This document shows positions 36,565-46,388 of a stretch of 64,000 nucleotides of DNA, piece after piece. How positions within the stretch are numbered: the stretch's first letter is position 1; every line of letters starts with the position of its first letter. A program made the position numbers and the translations under genes. This DNA comes from an uncultured virus (IMG/VR IMGVR_UViG_3300001041_000010). Its lineage: Duplodnaviria; Heunggongvirae; Uroviricota; Caudoviricetes. The notes beneath the pieces were generated by a model, which was not told where the DNA came from, did no database searches, and saw only the letters and a program-made list of their open reading frames with translations. The DNA lies in IMG/VR virus record IMGVR_UViG_3300001041_000010; one strand, 5' to 3'.

Positions 36565-37177
36565 TCTCCTTCTTGGATAACTTACTGATGTTTCCTGGAT
36601 ACCAGAGATTTGCTTGATGCCAATTCTCTGAGTTTAAATCAATATTGCTCACAAGGCTATCGGCCCTAAGTAAGAAAGCCGGTATCTTATACAAGGCCAT
36701 ATTAATTAAGGCAATACGATAGCTATGTAAATCAAGATCGACACCAAAGTAAATAGCTTCATCGCCTAGGATTTTATGAGCTGATAAAATCATGCGACCA
36801 GAGCCTACACAGGGATCAAGCATAGTAATTGGTAACTTATCGGTACGAGGCTTACAATCAAATAATGTCATCTGTGCCATCGCTTCAGTGACGGCCCGCG
36901 GCGTGAAGAACTGACTCAAGGCTAAGTTACAAAGACCTAATTGACTATACGTTTCGCCGAGCCAATCCCATGGATCAGACCGTAATAAGTCCCAGTCCAA
37001 GAGGCCTCCGTCTAATGTATCAGCGACGACTTGCGGTAATGTATAGATGGCTTCGTTATCAAGACTTAGTTTAACAGCCATATAATCCATAAGCTTTTCA
37101 AAAGATTCATAATTTGTTAGTTTACCGTTCTGGCTGATCAATGTTATACATTTGTTTAGCATATCTATCTGTTTCAT
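36557..37177 (-). CDS. N6-DNA-methylase-like protein lacking the NPPY/F catalytic motif
   Basis: D.LGE.Y, QFFTP, LDPCVGSGRM, GVDLD; no NPP motif. Confidence 0.7.
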   Translation of the reverse strand: MKQIDMLNKCITLISQNGKLTNYESFEKLMDYMAVKLSLDNEAIYTLPQVVADTLDGGLLDWDLLRSDPWDWLGETYSQLGLCNLALSQFFTPRAVTEAMAQMTLFDCKPRTDKLPITMLDPCVGSGRMILSAHKILGDEAIYFGVDLDLHSYRIALINMALYKIPAFLLRADSLVSNIDLNSENWHQANLWYPGNISKLSKKESV

Positions 37178-37637
37178 AGGGCATCTCTCCTCTCTCTATA
37201 CATTCGGTTTGAATACCGGCTACTTTAAACAGTGCTAAACTATTAGTACCTGGATAATGACCTATATAAACTACGCGACTAACGCCTAATCTAATAATCG
37301 TTCTTGCGCATCGCTCACAAGGAAGGGTCGTACAATAAAGTGTTGTACCTATAGTAGGAAGACCACGTCTTAACGCCTGGTCTAAGGCATTGATCTCTGC
37401 ATGAACCGCAATACAGAGATCTAATCTTTCTCCGGATGGTATTCCTTTGGTTACTCGAATACATTCCATTTGATCAACACAATTTGGATAACCCGATGGA
37501 GATCCATTATAACCTGTAGAAATAATCTGATTGTCCTTAACTAATACAGCTCCTACGCTGCGTCGCATACAGGTTCGACGCAGCGTAGCTGTGATAGCCA
37601 TTTCAATAAAGTACTGATCCCATGTTAGTCGACTCAT
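37122..37637 (-). CDS. dCMP deaminase (ComEB-like)
   Basis: WDQYF, VGAVLV, STGYNG, HAE.NA, PC..C; probable start at 37637. Confidence 0.9.
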   Translation of the reverse strand: MSRLTWDQYFIEMAITATLRRTCMRRSVGAVLVKDNQIISTGYNGSPSGYPNCVDQMECIRVTKGIPSGERLDLCIAVHAEINALDQALRRGLPTIGTTLYCTTLPCERCARTIIRLGVSRVVYIGHYPGTNSLALFKVAGIQTECIERGEMPYETDRYAKQMYNIDQPER

Positions 37638-37638
37638 A

Positions 37639-37914
37639 CTACTTTGCTGCCTGCGTAGTGCCAAGAATATTGCGAAGGTTAGTAGTAACGTTGTCAATCA
37701 TTACGAGATCTTGCTCGACTGCAGCAATCGTCTCTTGAGATTCTGCAATCAAAGCTTGGTGAGTATCCACAACAGCAAGCATTTCAACGCGACTTTCAAC
37801 TAATTGATTTAGAGTCTTTGTAAATACTGATAAAGTTGAATCAAGTTTCTTTTTCTGCTTTGCTTGTTTAGCCTTGACCTCTTCCATTTTACCGGACTTG
37901 TTTCTAAATAACAT
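37639..37914 (-). CDS. Coiled-coil hypothetical protein
   Basis: RBS aggag; heptad pattern. Confidence 0.55.
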   Translation of the reverse strand: MLFRNKSGKMEEVKAKQAKQKKKLDSTLSVFTKTLNQLVESRVEMLAVVDTHQALIAESQETIAAVEQDLVMIDNVTTNLRNILGTTQAAK

Positions 37915-37927
37915 AGTAACACTCTCC

Positions 37928-38302
37928 TTAAGTTAAATTGTTCGTAACATTAACGGTATCGAGAACGACATTTTGATTAATCTGAACCCTGTCTAAGTTT
38001 GAGAAGATAACATCACAAAGCTTATCTAAAGACTTCTCAAACTTTTCTTGTCGACTAATGAGAACTCGTAAGATTTCGTCGTGGCGAGCAACGTTTATGC
38101 CAATTGATAGATCCTGACTTGGTGAAGCCTGATTAACTATAGTTCTGAGATGACTAAGATCGACATTAAGATTATTAATCTCAACTTCAATGGCATTAAG
38201 TGATGAAATAACCGTACTAAAAAGCTCTATATCATGATGATCTAAAATAGTTGTATCTAGATGAGTTTGAAGCTTTCTTATGGTAGGATGTAAATTAATC
38301 AT
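37928..38302 (-). CDS. Hypothetical protein
   Basis: RBS ggagg. Confidence 0.5.
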   Translation of the reverse strand: MINLHPTIRKLQTHLDTTILDHHDIELFSTVISSLNAIEVEINNLNVDLSHLRTIVNQASPSQDLSIGINVARHDEILRVLISRQEKFEKSLDKLCDVIFSNLDRVQINQNVVLDTVNVTNNLT

Positions 38303-38327
38303 ATGGATTTAACCTCCGGTTATTTGT

Positions 38328-38359
38328 AAGGTGTATCACTTTAATCGGTGATACACCTT
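38328..38359. terminator. Intergenic hairpin/terminator
   Basis: aaggtgtatcac-N8-gtgatacacctt. Confidence 0.6.
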
Positions 38360-38365
38360 TATACT

Positions 38366-38608
38366 TTAACTAAAGGGACAATTCGTTAACGTATCCTTAG
38401 AAGCTTCGATCAATACGACACTTGGTTCAAGTTCAGCACGGATCCTATAGAGATCACATAGCTCATAACGACCCTTAACAAAAACATTCGGTATGCATCG
38501 TTTACAATTCTTACAGGCAAAACTATAAACTCCCGCAAGTTGTGCTTCGGTAATCGTAGTCAACATAGTTGGCTCTTCATCATTTTCGATAATATCGTCT
38601 ACTAACAT
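38366..38608 (-). CDS. Small Cys-containing protein
   Basis: CKNCKRC; RBS aggag. Confidence 0.5.
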   Translation of the reverse strand: MLVDDIIENDEEPTMLTTITEAQLAGVYSFACKNCKRCIPNVFVKGRYELCDLYRIRAELEPSVVLIEASKDTLTNCPFS

Positions 38609-38620
38609 AGATTCATCTCC

Positions 38621-40861
38621 TTAACCACACTTTGAATATCCACAATGAGTACAAGTGACACATCCACTCTCATGGTTGATACTCTGACCACACTCTGGAC
38701 ATATATTAATACTTGGTATAATGACTTCAGTTAGCTCTACTTGACTAACTGAAATACTCTTAGAGTATTGCTTTAATGTTCGAGCAATAGCGTCCGGACA
38801 CGACGTTACACCAACACCTTCACGTCGTACGCAAGCCTGACAACGAATACCTTTAAGTTGTTCTACAACCGTATCAATTGATATGCCACATCGAAGGGCT
38901 ATTGATATAAGTCTCGAGGTTGCCTCGGACTGAGCAGAGCATCCTCCGGCCTTGCCGGTGTTTGTAAATACTTCGGTAATACCATAGTCATCGGAATTAA
39001 CGTTGACATATAAATTTCCACAGCCGATCTTAACCTTCTTAGTAATACCTGTTAAGGTTTCAGGTCTTGGTCTTGGTGTAACTTCTGGTTTGACGTTGTC
39101 AGAATCGACAATGGTTTCCGTTGCTTGAACGGATCCTATGGTCAAGACCTGCTCATCACGAGATCCGTCACGATAGACAGTAAGGCCTTTACAGTTCAAG
39201 CTATGGGCCAGCTTATAGCTTTCAGCAACCTCTTCTTTAGTAGCGGAATTCGGAAAGTTAATCGTCTTACTCACAGCATTGTCAGTAAACTCCTGGAAGG
39301 CTGCTTGAATATAAACATGCCATTCAGGTAACATATCCTGCGCTGTAACATAGATCTTCTTAACAGCATCTGGTACTGGAATGTCAATACCGTTAAGTGA
39401 TCCCGTCTTAGCAACCCAAGCCATTAAATCTTCACTGTAAAAGTTACCTGCTTTAGCTTCTGTTTCAAAGAGTGGATTGACTTCAACTAGAGCATCCTTA
39501 TCCATGACAGTCTTAGTATAGGCTAATGCAAACAATGGTTCTACTCCGCTACTAGCGCTTGCTATGATTGATAAAGTACCGGTTGGAGCGATCGTTGTGA
39601 TTGTAGCGTTTCTCATAGGATGATGCGGATAATAAATACTCTCTTCCCAATTAGGAAAGGTTCCACGTTCCTTAGCGATGGCTTCAGATTCTTCATGGCC
39701 TACTCGATTAATACATTCCATAATAGATCGAGCAGTTTTTACAGCTTCCGGTGAGTTATAAGCAATTCCTAATTGGATTAGCATGTCGGCAAAACCCATG
39801 ACTCCGAGACCAATCTTACGATTCGATTTCGTCGTCTCATCAATAATCGGTAAGGGATACTGGTTAGCATCGATTACATTGTCCAAGAATCGTACACCTA
39901 AACGAGTTAGCTTATGAACCTTGATCCAATTGATCTTACCATCCACTACGCAATGAGCTAAATTAAGTGATCCTAGGTTACATGCTTCATTGGAAAATAA
40001 TGGTTGTTCACCACAAGGATTGGTCGATTCAATTTCCCCTAAACTCGGCGTTGGATTGGCAGCGTTAATCTTATCTAAAAAGATAATACCGGGTTCTCCA
40101 TTAAGCCATGCGTGATCAACAATTAAGTTAAAAATCTCGTTGGCATTCTTAGTACCAGCAATATTACCCTTGTTGTCATACATGTTATAGTCTGAGTTAT
40201 TAAATACGGCTTGCATGAATTCTTCTGTGATACCTACGCTGATGTTAAAGTTATTAAGTTGAGTCTTATCATGTTTACAGGTTATAAACTCAACGATGTC
40301 TTGATGATGCACAGAGAGTATACCCATATTAGCTCCACGACGAGTACCGCCTTGCTTTACTGCTTCGGTGGCCGCATTGAATACTTTCATGAAACTTACA
40401 GGACCCGACGCTACACCTCCGGTTGATTTGACAGCAGAATTCTTAGCTCGTAACCGTGTAAAACTAAAACCGGTTCCTCCGCCAGACTTATGAATGATCG
40501 CAGCGTTCTTGATACCATCGAAGATTTCTTCCATGCTATCACCAACGGGTACTACATAACATCCACTAAGCTGACCGAGTTCGCGTCCTGCATTCATCAT
40601 AGTAGGAGAATTTGGTAAGAAATCCATATTAGCCATGGCAGTATAGAATTCATAAGTACGATCATCTACTTGAGTAGATGTAGCTCCATAAGTTGTGTCG
40701 ATTTCAGCCACGACCCTAGCCACTCTATAAAACATATCCTCAGGTGTTTCAGTACTATTCCCGGCATTATCTTTTTTAAGATAGCGTCGTTTAAGTACTG
40801 TTAAAGCATTTTCAGATATCCTTACCTCAGGATAGTTTTGCGGTAGTATATAGTCTTTCAT
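38621..40861 (-). CDS. nrdJ: Class II (adenosylcobalamin-dependent) ribonucleotide reductase with TSCPD domain
   Basis: FLPNSPT, GQLSGC, RRGANMG, TNPCGEQPL..EACNLGS, TIAPTGT, TSCPD, terminal CPECG...C..CGYSKC. Confidence 0.93.
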   Translation of the reverse strand: MKDYILPQNYPEVRISENALTVLKRRYLKKDNAGNSTETPEDMFYRVARVVAEIDTTYGATSTQVDDRTYEFYTAMANMDFLPNSPTMMNAGRELGQLSGCYVVPVGDSMEEIFDGIKNAAIIHKSGGGTGFSFTRLRAKNSAVKSTGGVASGPVSFMKVFNAATEAVKQGGTRRGANMGILSVHHQDIVEFITCKHDKTQLNNFNISVGITEEFMQAVFNNSDYNMYDNKGNIAGTKNANEIFNLIVDHAWLNGEPGIIFLDKINAANPTPSLGEIESTNPCGEQPLFSNEACNLGSLNLAHCVVDGKINWIKVHKLTRLGVRFLDNVIDANQYPLPIIDETTKSNRKIGLGVMGFADMLIQLGIAYNSPEAVKTARSIMECINRVGHEESEAIAKERGTFPNWEESIYYPHHPMRNATITTIAPTGTLSIIASASSGVEPLFALAYTKTVMDKDALVEVNPLFETEAKAGNFYSEDLMAWVAKTGSLNGIDIPVPDAVKKIYVTAQDMLPEWHVYIQAAFQEFTDNAVSKTINFPNSATKEEVAESYKLAHSLNCKGLTVYRDGSRDEQVLTIGSVQATETIVDSDNVKPEVTPRPRPETLTGITKKVKIGCGNLYVNVNSDDYGITEVFTNTGKAGGCSAQSEATSRLISIALRCGISIDTVVEQLKGIRCQACVRREGVGVTSCPDAIARTLKQYSKSISVSQVELTEVIIPSINICPECGQSINHESGCVTCTHCGYSKCG

Positions 40862-40911
40862 TTCGTTTCCTCCAAGTTACAGTTGCAGTTATTTTGTATT
40901 GGTTAATACAA

Positions 40912-41097
40912 TTACTTTGGAAGTTCGTTACCACATTTGATACATTTATAAACGTAAACTTTTTCAAGAGCTGGTAGTTCAATATGAGGATCATCCCGTT
41001 CTCTAATGGTTTTATGGAAGATCAATCGTTCTTCCTGTTTAAAGTAAGGATTCTCACATTCACTGCATCGAATAAATTCCTCATCAATAACTGGCAT
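40912..41097 (-). CDS. Small zinc-ribbon protein
   Basis: CSEC...CIKCG. Confidence 0.55.
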   Translation of the reverse strand: MPVIDEEFIRCSECENPYFKQEERLIFHKTIRERDDPHIELPALEKVYVYKCIKCGNELPK

Positions 41098-41737
41098 TAG
41101 ACTTAAGCCTCCTTATTTCTTCTTCGAGTAGTCGAACCTTTTCTTCTAGTCGAAGACGCTCACGTCTTAGGACTTTGATTTCATGAACCATCTCAACTAA
41201 GACTTCGAACTTCTGAGTAAAGTAAATATCTTCAGATTTACTATAACGAAAGATATAAACAGGATACCCAAAGCCCTTAGACTCTTCCATGATCTTATCT
41301 AAATGCTGCTTTGGAATTGAGATAGTCTTTTCTCCCCTGGCGGTAACGGTACCGCGTTCTTTGCACTCTGCAAGCACAACATCATCAACAACATCGCCCG
41401 GAGCAAACCAGAGGTTACCAGAACCAGGCGTGCGATGAGTGTTGTCATACTCTTTAAGCGTAGGTACGGCCTTAAATTCTGCCACGACTTGTTTTTCAAG
41501 CTGCTTCCAAGACTCCTCAGGAGGCAAGTTTGGATTGATTCTAGCCTGTTGAACTTTGTTCTGAGCCTTTTTACGAGCCTTGTCTTCGGGTAGTGAAAGC
41601 ATCCGCTGCGTCGGTCCACACGTTAAACACTTTGAACTATTGATACAACGTCCAAAGTGTTCACAATCCCATGTGTTTTGGATCATAGTGTCACTCATAT
41701 AATCATCGTTAATATTAAAACTCATGGTATTACCCAC
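41084..41737 (-). CDS. PD-(D/E)XK Hjc-like resolvase/nuclease with N-terminal Cys cluster
   Basis: W..LE..V, RTPGSG....GDV, AECK. Confidence 0.6.
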   Translation of the reverse strand: MGNTMSFNINDDYMSDTMIQNTWDCEHFGRCINSSKCLTCGPTQRMLSLPEDKARKKAQNKVQQARINPNLPPEESWKQLEKQVVAEFKAVPTLKEYDNTHRTPGSGNLWFAPGDVVDDVVLAECKERGTVTARGEKTISIPKQHLDKIMEESKGFGYPVYIFRYSKSEDIYFTQKFEVLVEMVHEIKVLRRERLRLEEKVRLLEEEIRRLKSNASY

Positions 41738-41887
41738 CCTGGTTTATGATCTGGTCGATTTGCATCGAGACAGTCGATTGGAGACATTGCAACGTAACAG
41801 CATTCACCGTCAAAATTAACATGACACTGAACGGTTGAGCACTTCCGGTGAGAAGTTAAGGCATCGACGATCCAATCAAGGAACTTA

Positions 41888-42409
41888 TTAAGCACCTTGA
41901 CCGCCTAAGCTTACATCAATCTTGAGTAAGCCATTTTCGATGATGCACTTATTTGATTTATCATTTAAGACATCAACGACAGCTTGCATGAATAGATATC
42001 GTTCTTCGGCAATATCTAACATGTCAGTGACTGGCATAGGGTCGGCGTCAAGTTTCGTTGAGCGGATGTAAGCAACGGCTAAGGCCTCTTTATCCTTCTC
42101 AGTTTTTCCCGCGTCTTTAACGGCTAAGTAAGCTTCTTTAGAGGCTAACTTATACTTACGCTCAATACGGTCATGACCGCGACGAGCCTTCGCAAGATCA
42201 AGTCGAGCTTCGGCGTAGACAGAATCAATCGCAGAGACGACATACTTAATGTCATTGGGTTCGGGATCTTCCGGAATCGTGATCTGAGTTACGAGCTCCG
42301 TATAATACTGTTCAAGTTGTTGCCATGCTGTGGCGTTCAATGGCCTACTGGTATCGGGTTTGTTAACTGATGTTTTTAATTTGGCACCCTGTCGACTCAA
42401 AGTTAGCAC
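41888..42409 (-). CDS. Helical protein, possibly UvsY-like recombination mediator
   Basis: All-helical; TEKDKEA motif; recombination context. Confidence 0.35.
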   Translation of the reverse strand: MLTLSRQGAKLKTSVNKPDTSRPLNATAWQQLEQYYTELVTQITIPEDPEPNDIKYVVSAIDSVYAEARLDLAKARRGHDRIERKYKLASKEAYLAVKDAGKTEKDKEALAVAYIRSTKLDADPMPVTDMLDIAEERYLFMQAVVDVLNDKSNKCIIENGLLKIDVSLGGQGA

Positions 42410-42671
42410 CTCTTTCGTTTCTTATACGATAATCAAGTTCCAGTGTACAGTATCCAATGATATCCCTCAGTGTATCCTCTGTTGATTCATCATGGACACG
42501 AGCAGGGTTTTGATCAAGTTGTTCTAGCCGATTAAGTTTATCCATGATACGAAGATAAAAACTTACAGGGCCATACTTATCCCTAAGTTGATAAAAGGAA
42601 CTACCATAGTCTTGGTTCTTTCGTTCAAGAAGATCAGCAATAGGGTTTAAGATTGCTAAGAATTTACTCAT
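42363..42671 (-). CDS. DUF1599 / nucleotide-modification-associated domain protein
   Basis: RKNQDYGSSF, RI.DKLNRL, ES.EDTL.DI.GY. Confidence 0.75.
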   Translation of the reverse strand: MSKFLAILNPIADLLERKNQDYGSSFYQLRDKYGPVSFYLRIMDKLNRLEQLDQNPARVHDESTEDTLRDIIGYCTLELDYRIRNERGANFESTGCQIKNIS

Positions 42672-42918
42672 TTAACTCCCCCTTTAATTGATCAAGTTCT
42701 TTGTCATACTCTTGAGCTAGCTTAACACTTGCAGCTAATTCTCTAAGTAGTTTAATCTCCTTTTCATAAGAAGCTATAGCTTCTAAACTAATAACTTCAT
42801 ATTTATTTAAGAGATCAGGATTATTCTTAAAGTCTTCTCTTGCTTTATCGAGTAAAGCTTGAGCGACGTCTAAGCCAAGTAAGGCTTCTTCTAAAGGGTC
42901 CAAATTAATAAATCCCAT
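42664..42918 (-). CDS. Hypothetical protein
   Basis: RBS ggagg. Confidence 0.5.
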   Translation of the reverse strand: MGFINLDPLEEALLGLDVAQALLDKAREDFKNNPDLLNKYEVISLEAIASYEKEIKLLRELAASVKLAQEYDKELDQLKGELNE

Positions 42919-42965
42919 AGTCTTACCTCCGTAGATAAAAAGTAGGCCTACACGTTAATGTAAAC

Positions 42966-43436
42966 CTACTCTAGTACCTTATCTGATTTCATAAGAATCA
43001 TTACTTGATACTTATCGTCCGGTAAATTTACAACATCTACTAATCGACTTTGTAATTCGTAATACGTTTGAAGATCAGTTTCATATTGTTTCATTCTCTT
43101 AGATAAGTTTTCGAAGTACCCAAACATTTCCTGTGATAATTCCTGAAGCTCTCGAACAAGTTTTGTTCCTTGCGTTGTAGCCTCACTTGGTTTAGTTGTA
43201 GCAGGGCCTAGATAAACAATTGTGTTTGGCTCTGTTGGCTTGTCACTTGGTATGATCTTAATCATACCAATAGCTTCAAGCTTTTTCATAGCTCTATGAA
43301 CCGTTGCATTACTATACCCTATTTGTTGAGCAATTGTCATTAGAGACCTTGTTAATTTTCCATCGGAACTATGTCTCTGAATGTACTCAATGATTTGTTC
43401 TTGGGTCTGCTGTCTTACGGATATACTTTCTGTCAT
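42966..43436 (-). CDS. Winged-HTH transcriptional regulator (GntR/CodY-like HTH) with coiled coil
   Basis: SLMTIAQQIGYSNATVHRAMKKLEAIGMIKI. Confidence 0.75.
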   Translation of the reverse strand: MTESISVRQQTQEQIIEYIQRHSSDGKLTRSLMTIAQQIGYSNATVHRAMKKLEAIGMIKIIPSDKPTEPNTIVYLGPATTKPSEATTQGTKLVRELQELSQEMFGYFENLSKRMKQYETDLQTYYELQSRLVDVVNLPDDKYQVMILMKSDKVLE

Positions 43437-43493
43437 AGCCGCATCCTCCTATAATATAGTTAGATTCTCGGCGGCATTCTTAAATGTAATGTA

Positions 43494-43522
43494 AGTGTAT
43501 CATACAATAAACAGGGAGTCAA
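43494..43522 (-). promoter_or_regulatory. sigA-type promoter of the HTH gene
   Basis: TTGACT-N17-TACACT with extended TG. Confidence 0.7.
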
Positions 43523-44101
43523 TTAAGCATTAACATATTGCATTACTCTTTGTAATGCTTTCCAAAGAGATGTTTTGTGCTTTTTCTGTAACACTGAGTC
43601 ACTTGTTAAACAATCAGCCAGCGACGCTGCAGACCAAGCAATAGGCAATCGATCTTCCCATAGATAGCTTGTTTCACCAATTATTAAGATTGCCTTAGGA
43701 TTAATAATTGTAATCTCTGCGGCGACGATTTCATTATAGATAGCGGCCTTAACATGATTTGTTACCTCGGTTGATTCTTCTTCGGTCTTGACAACCGTCG
43801 TGCAATAAATATCTTGAACCGATAAATTAGCAGCCTTTAATGCATCGAGTAATAAAGCAGACTCTTCTATGGTCATAGTATTTTGAGTCACGACAACAAC
43901 CGGTACATTATAATCACCCTGACCTAGCTTAATAATATAGCCAGGAAGTTTAGTAATAGCATAGGTTCGAAGATCTTCCATTTGAATGTGCTTCTTCATA
44001 TGTTGCCATACATATTCCTTACCGGGCTTATCGATCTCTTTAGCCTTATAGATTGATTTCTTTAATCGATCCATAAACTCTTGATCTTTACTTTTATACA
44101 T
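43523..44101 (-). CDS. Uracil-DNA-glycosylase-fold protein, catalytically degenerate
   Basis: G.G.....V; LL..AL....L....IY.T.VVK; EI..INPK.I..IG; GEAPG and HP motifs absent. Confidence 0.55.
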   Translation of the reverse strand: MYKSKDQEFMDRLKKSIYKAKEIDKPGKEYVWQHMKKHIQMEDLRTYAITKLPGYIIKLGQGDYNVPVVVVTQNTMTIEESALLLDALKAANLSVQDIYCTTVVKTEEESTEVTNHVKAAIYNEIVAAEITIINPKAILIIGETSYLWEDRLPIAWSAASLADCLTSDSVLQKKHKTSLWKALQRVMQYVNA

Positions 44102-44104
44102 GAC

Positions 44105-44509
44105 TCACCTCCAAAGTATTGGTAATAATGAGATTATGAGAAAGACTGTCCATTCTCCCATAGAACCCGTAGGGATATAAGCCAGGTGTAACCGATGTTT
44201 ATTCCATAGTGGAATTCCCATAGGTGTCAAACTATCAAGGAACAAATGAGATAGAGCTCCAAAAAAGAAAGGCGTCTCTAAGTGATATTTAGAAAGTAAT
44301 ACACTTATGACTAAGATTATTAAGGGATGATGAGTAATTCCTCGATGCTTTATATACTTAGCCAGTGGATTAAAGCGCCCGAGAATACTACACTTCTTAT
44401 CGATGTCTGGAAGTAAAGTAGCAAACATACACAGTATAGTATCCTGAGCATTAAGTTTTAAGCCATCGCTCATCACAATGCCGGTCATCAAATGTGTATA
44501 GCCTGTCAT
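44105..44509 (-). CDS. YdjM-like membrane metal-dependent hydrolase
   Basis: MTG.TH, LLPDID, HRGITH, SHL.LD.LT..G.PL. Confidence 0.85.
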   Translation of the reverse strand: MTGYTHLMTGIVMSDGLKLNAQDTILCMFATLLPDIDKKCSILGRFNPLAKYIKHRGITHHPLIILVISVLLSKYHLETPFFFGALSHLFLDSLTPMGIPLWNKHRLHLAYIPTGSMGEWTVFLIISLLPILWR

Positions 44510-44521
44510 GCTGTCCCTCCT

Positions 44522-44851
44522 TTACCATTTGTCATCGATTACATTGTCTCTCATCATACGTCCTCTAACTTGTGGTTGCGATTTAACTTCTGACTTAGCG
44601 GCTATATAGGTTCCTGGAGTCTGCTTAATTACCGGTCTATAAAAGACTCCACAGCTACGACATGTTACCTGAAAACTTGCAAAGGTTCTGCCGTCATAAC
44701 TATAAACAACATTAGGGTAAGAACAAACAGGACACGGAGCATCGTAATAATAAACATTGCTCTTATTCTTTGGATCAAGATCCGGTATAAGTCTTGAGAC
44801 GGTCTTAGTATAGATAGCTTCCTTACCATTATTAAGGGGAATATTGTTCAT
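44522..44851 (-). CDS. Zinc-ribbon protein
   Basis: CPVC...CRSCG; probable start at 44851 after aggag. Confidence 0.55.
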   Translation of the reverse strand: MNNIPLNNGKEAIYTKTVSRLIPDLDPKNKSNVYYYDAPCPVCSYPNVVYSYDGRTFASFQVTCRSCGVFYRPVIKQTPGTYIAAKSEVKSQPQVRGRMMRDNVIDDKW

Positions 44852-44852
44852 A

Positions 44853-45074
44853 TTAATTCTCCTTAATTTTAAATGGATATTTCTGACCAGCAAATAATCC
44901 AGGATAATTAAAATCTCCAGCACAACATGCGGCCGCTTCGGCATCACGAGCTTCTTTATAACGAGAATGACTTTGTTCATCGCACTTACAATCCATACAA
45001 AGAGAATCTGTATTCATCATAGATACCATGGTTACGATGGTATGTCTACCGCAGCGATCGCATGTGTCTTTCAT
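44853..45074 (-). CDS. Small zinc-finger protein
   Basis: CDRCG...S..NTD.LC.DC. Confidence 0.6.
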   Translation of the reverse strand: MKDTCDRCGRHTIVTMVSMMNTDSLCMDCKCDEQSHSRYKEARDAEAAACCAGDFNYPGLFAGQKYPFKIKEN

Positions 45075-45295
45075 ACTTGAATCCTCCTAATCTTTTCTGT
45101 TTCGCTCATAGGATGAAATCGTACGGGTGCGGATTCTGTGCTATGAGGAGTTACAACAATTTCCCCAGTAACACCATCAGCATAAAGAATATCTTTAAGA
45201 GTACCCACAACTTCAGTATCATTTTTACAGAGTTTCCATTTCTCTTCAATCTTACCAGTCGAGTCAACAGCCCAACTTATAGTCCATGCTGGCAT
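45071..45295 (-). CDS. Hypothetical protein
   Basis: RBS aggag; ATGA coupling. Confidence 0.5.
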   Translation of the reverse strand: MPAWTISWAVDSTGKIEEKWKLCKNDTEVVGTLKDILYADGVTGEIVVTPHSTESAPVRFHPMSETEKIRRIQV

Positions 45296-45297
45296 AA

Positions 45298-45606
45298 TTA
45301 TCTCCTTTCTAAGTCTTGTTGATATCGATCCATTTGAACTTCAACATAATTATGCCAAAGCTCAGGAGATATATCATCCATAATGCGGGCTTCTTGTTGT
45401 TCTAGATTTGATAAAGTCTTAAGCTCTTGAATGTAATCACAGAGAGTTAAGTGATTACATTCTAAGAACTTTAGGACAGCATCGCTAAACAATAAACCAT
45501 CATTAATTACGACCTTATCATTTTTATAAGTCACGACATAATGGAGAGGATCAGCATCATAACATTGATCAATTAAATTAGTCATTGCTAATACCAGATT
45601 AAGCAT
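45298..45606 (-). CDS. Hypothetical protein
   Basis: RBS ggagg. Confidence 0.5.
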   Translation of the reverse strand: MLNLVLAMTNLIDQCYDADPLHYVVTYKNDKVVINDGLLFSDAVLKFLECNHLTLCDYIQELKTLSNLEQQEARIMDDISPELWHNYVEVQMDRYQQDLERR

Positions 45607-45650
45607 TGGATCCCTCCATGTTACAATTAGTATTCCCGATTTGTAATGCT

Positions 45651-46388
45651 TTATGCAGTTTCTTCGTCATTCCAGAAGCCGTCAAATTCAAAATCATCTT
45701 CTTCGTCTTGTTCGTCTTCTGGAATATCAATGGGCTCTATAAATTTACAAAGCCAATTGATATCAAAGATAGAATTATTTCCAGCAAGGGTAACTTTTGC
45801 TCCCTCAATCTTAGAAACAACAACTGGAGCATTGTTATTAAGCCAGGTCATCGCATTGTATTCGAGTCGAGCATTAATGTTTGTACTGTGATCACCAGAC
45901 TTAACAGATGGATTAAGAGAAATTTTATCCGATTCATTAATAAGTTCACTGTCGAGAAGACCTTCACAATAAAGTATATCCCAACAAGGCGTATTTCCGT
46001 TTTTAACCCAGTGATTACTTACAATGTTAGAGTCTGTTAAGACTTTCACAATTCGAACGGTATGAGGTAATTGATTAGCTAATGTAAATTCTTTAGCTTG
46101 CTTAACGGCGTCAAGTTTAGCTTCAGAACTACCGGCTAAACGCATACCAATATAAATATTCTCTCCAGTAATTGGATCCTTCTTAATCTCATTACATTGA
46201 TAGATATAATATTGACTAATCCAGGTTCTCGCTCCCTTAACTTTACGATCATCATTGAGGCATTGCGTGGGATTTACGCCCGGATACCGTTGACTGACAT
46301 TGATAATCTTTGCGTCTCCATGATCTCTTCTAAAGAAACCAATAGCATCTTCTTCAAGCCAACAGTAATAAGCTTGCATAGTATACAT
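45651..46388 (-). CDS. Hypothetical protein, paralogue of 46388-47083
   Basis: Shared W...Y.IYQC.EIK...K..AVK.AK..TL....PH.VRIVK.L. Confidence 0.65.
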   Translation of the reverse strand: MYTMQAYYCWLEEDAIGFFRRDHGDAKIINVSQRYPGVNPTQCLNDDRKVKGARTWISQYYIYQCNEIKKDPITGENIYIGMRLAGSSEAKLDAVKQAKEFTLANQLPHTVRIVKVLTDSNIVSNHWVKNGNTPCWDILYCEGLLDSELINESDKISLNPSVKSGDHSTNINARLEYNAMTWLNNNAPVVVSKIEGAKVTLAGNNSIFDINWLCKFIEPIDIPEDEQDEEDDFEFDGFWNDEETA

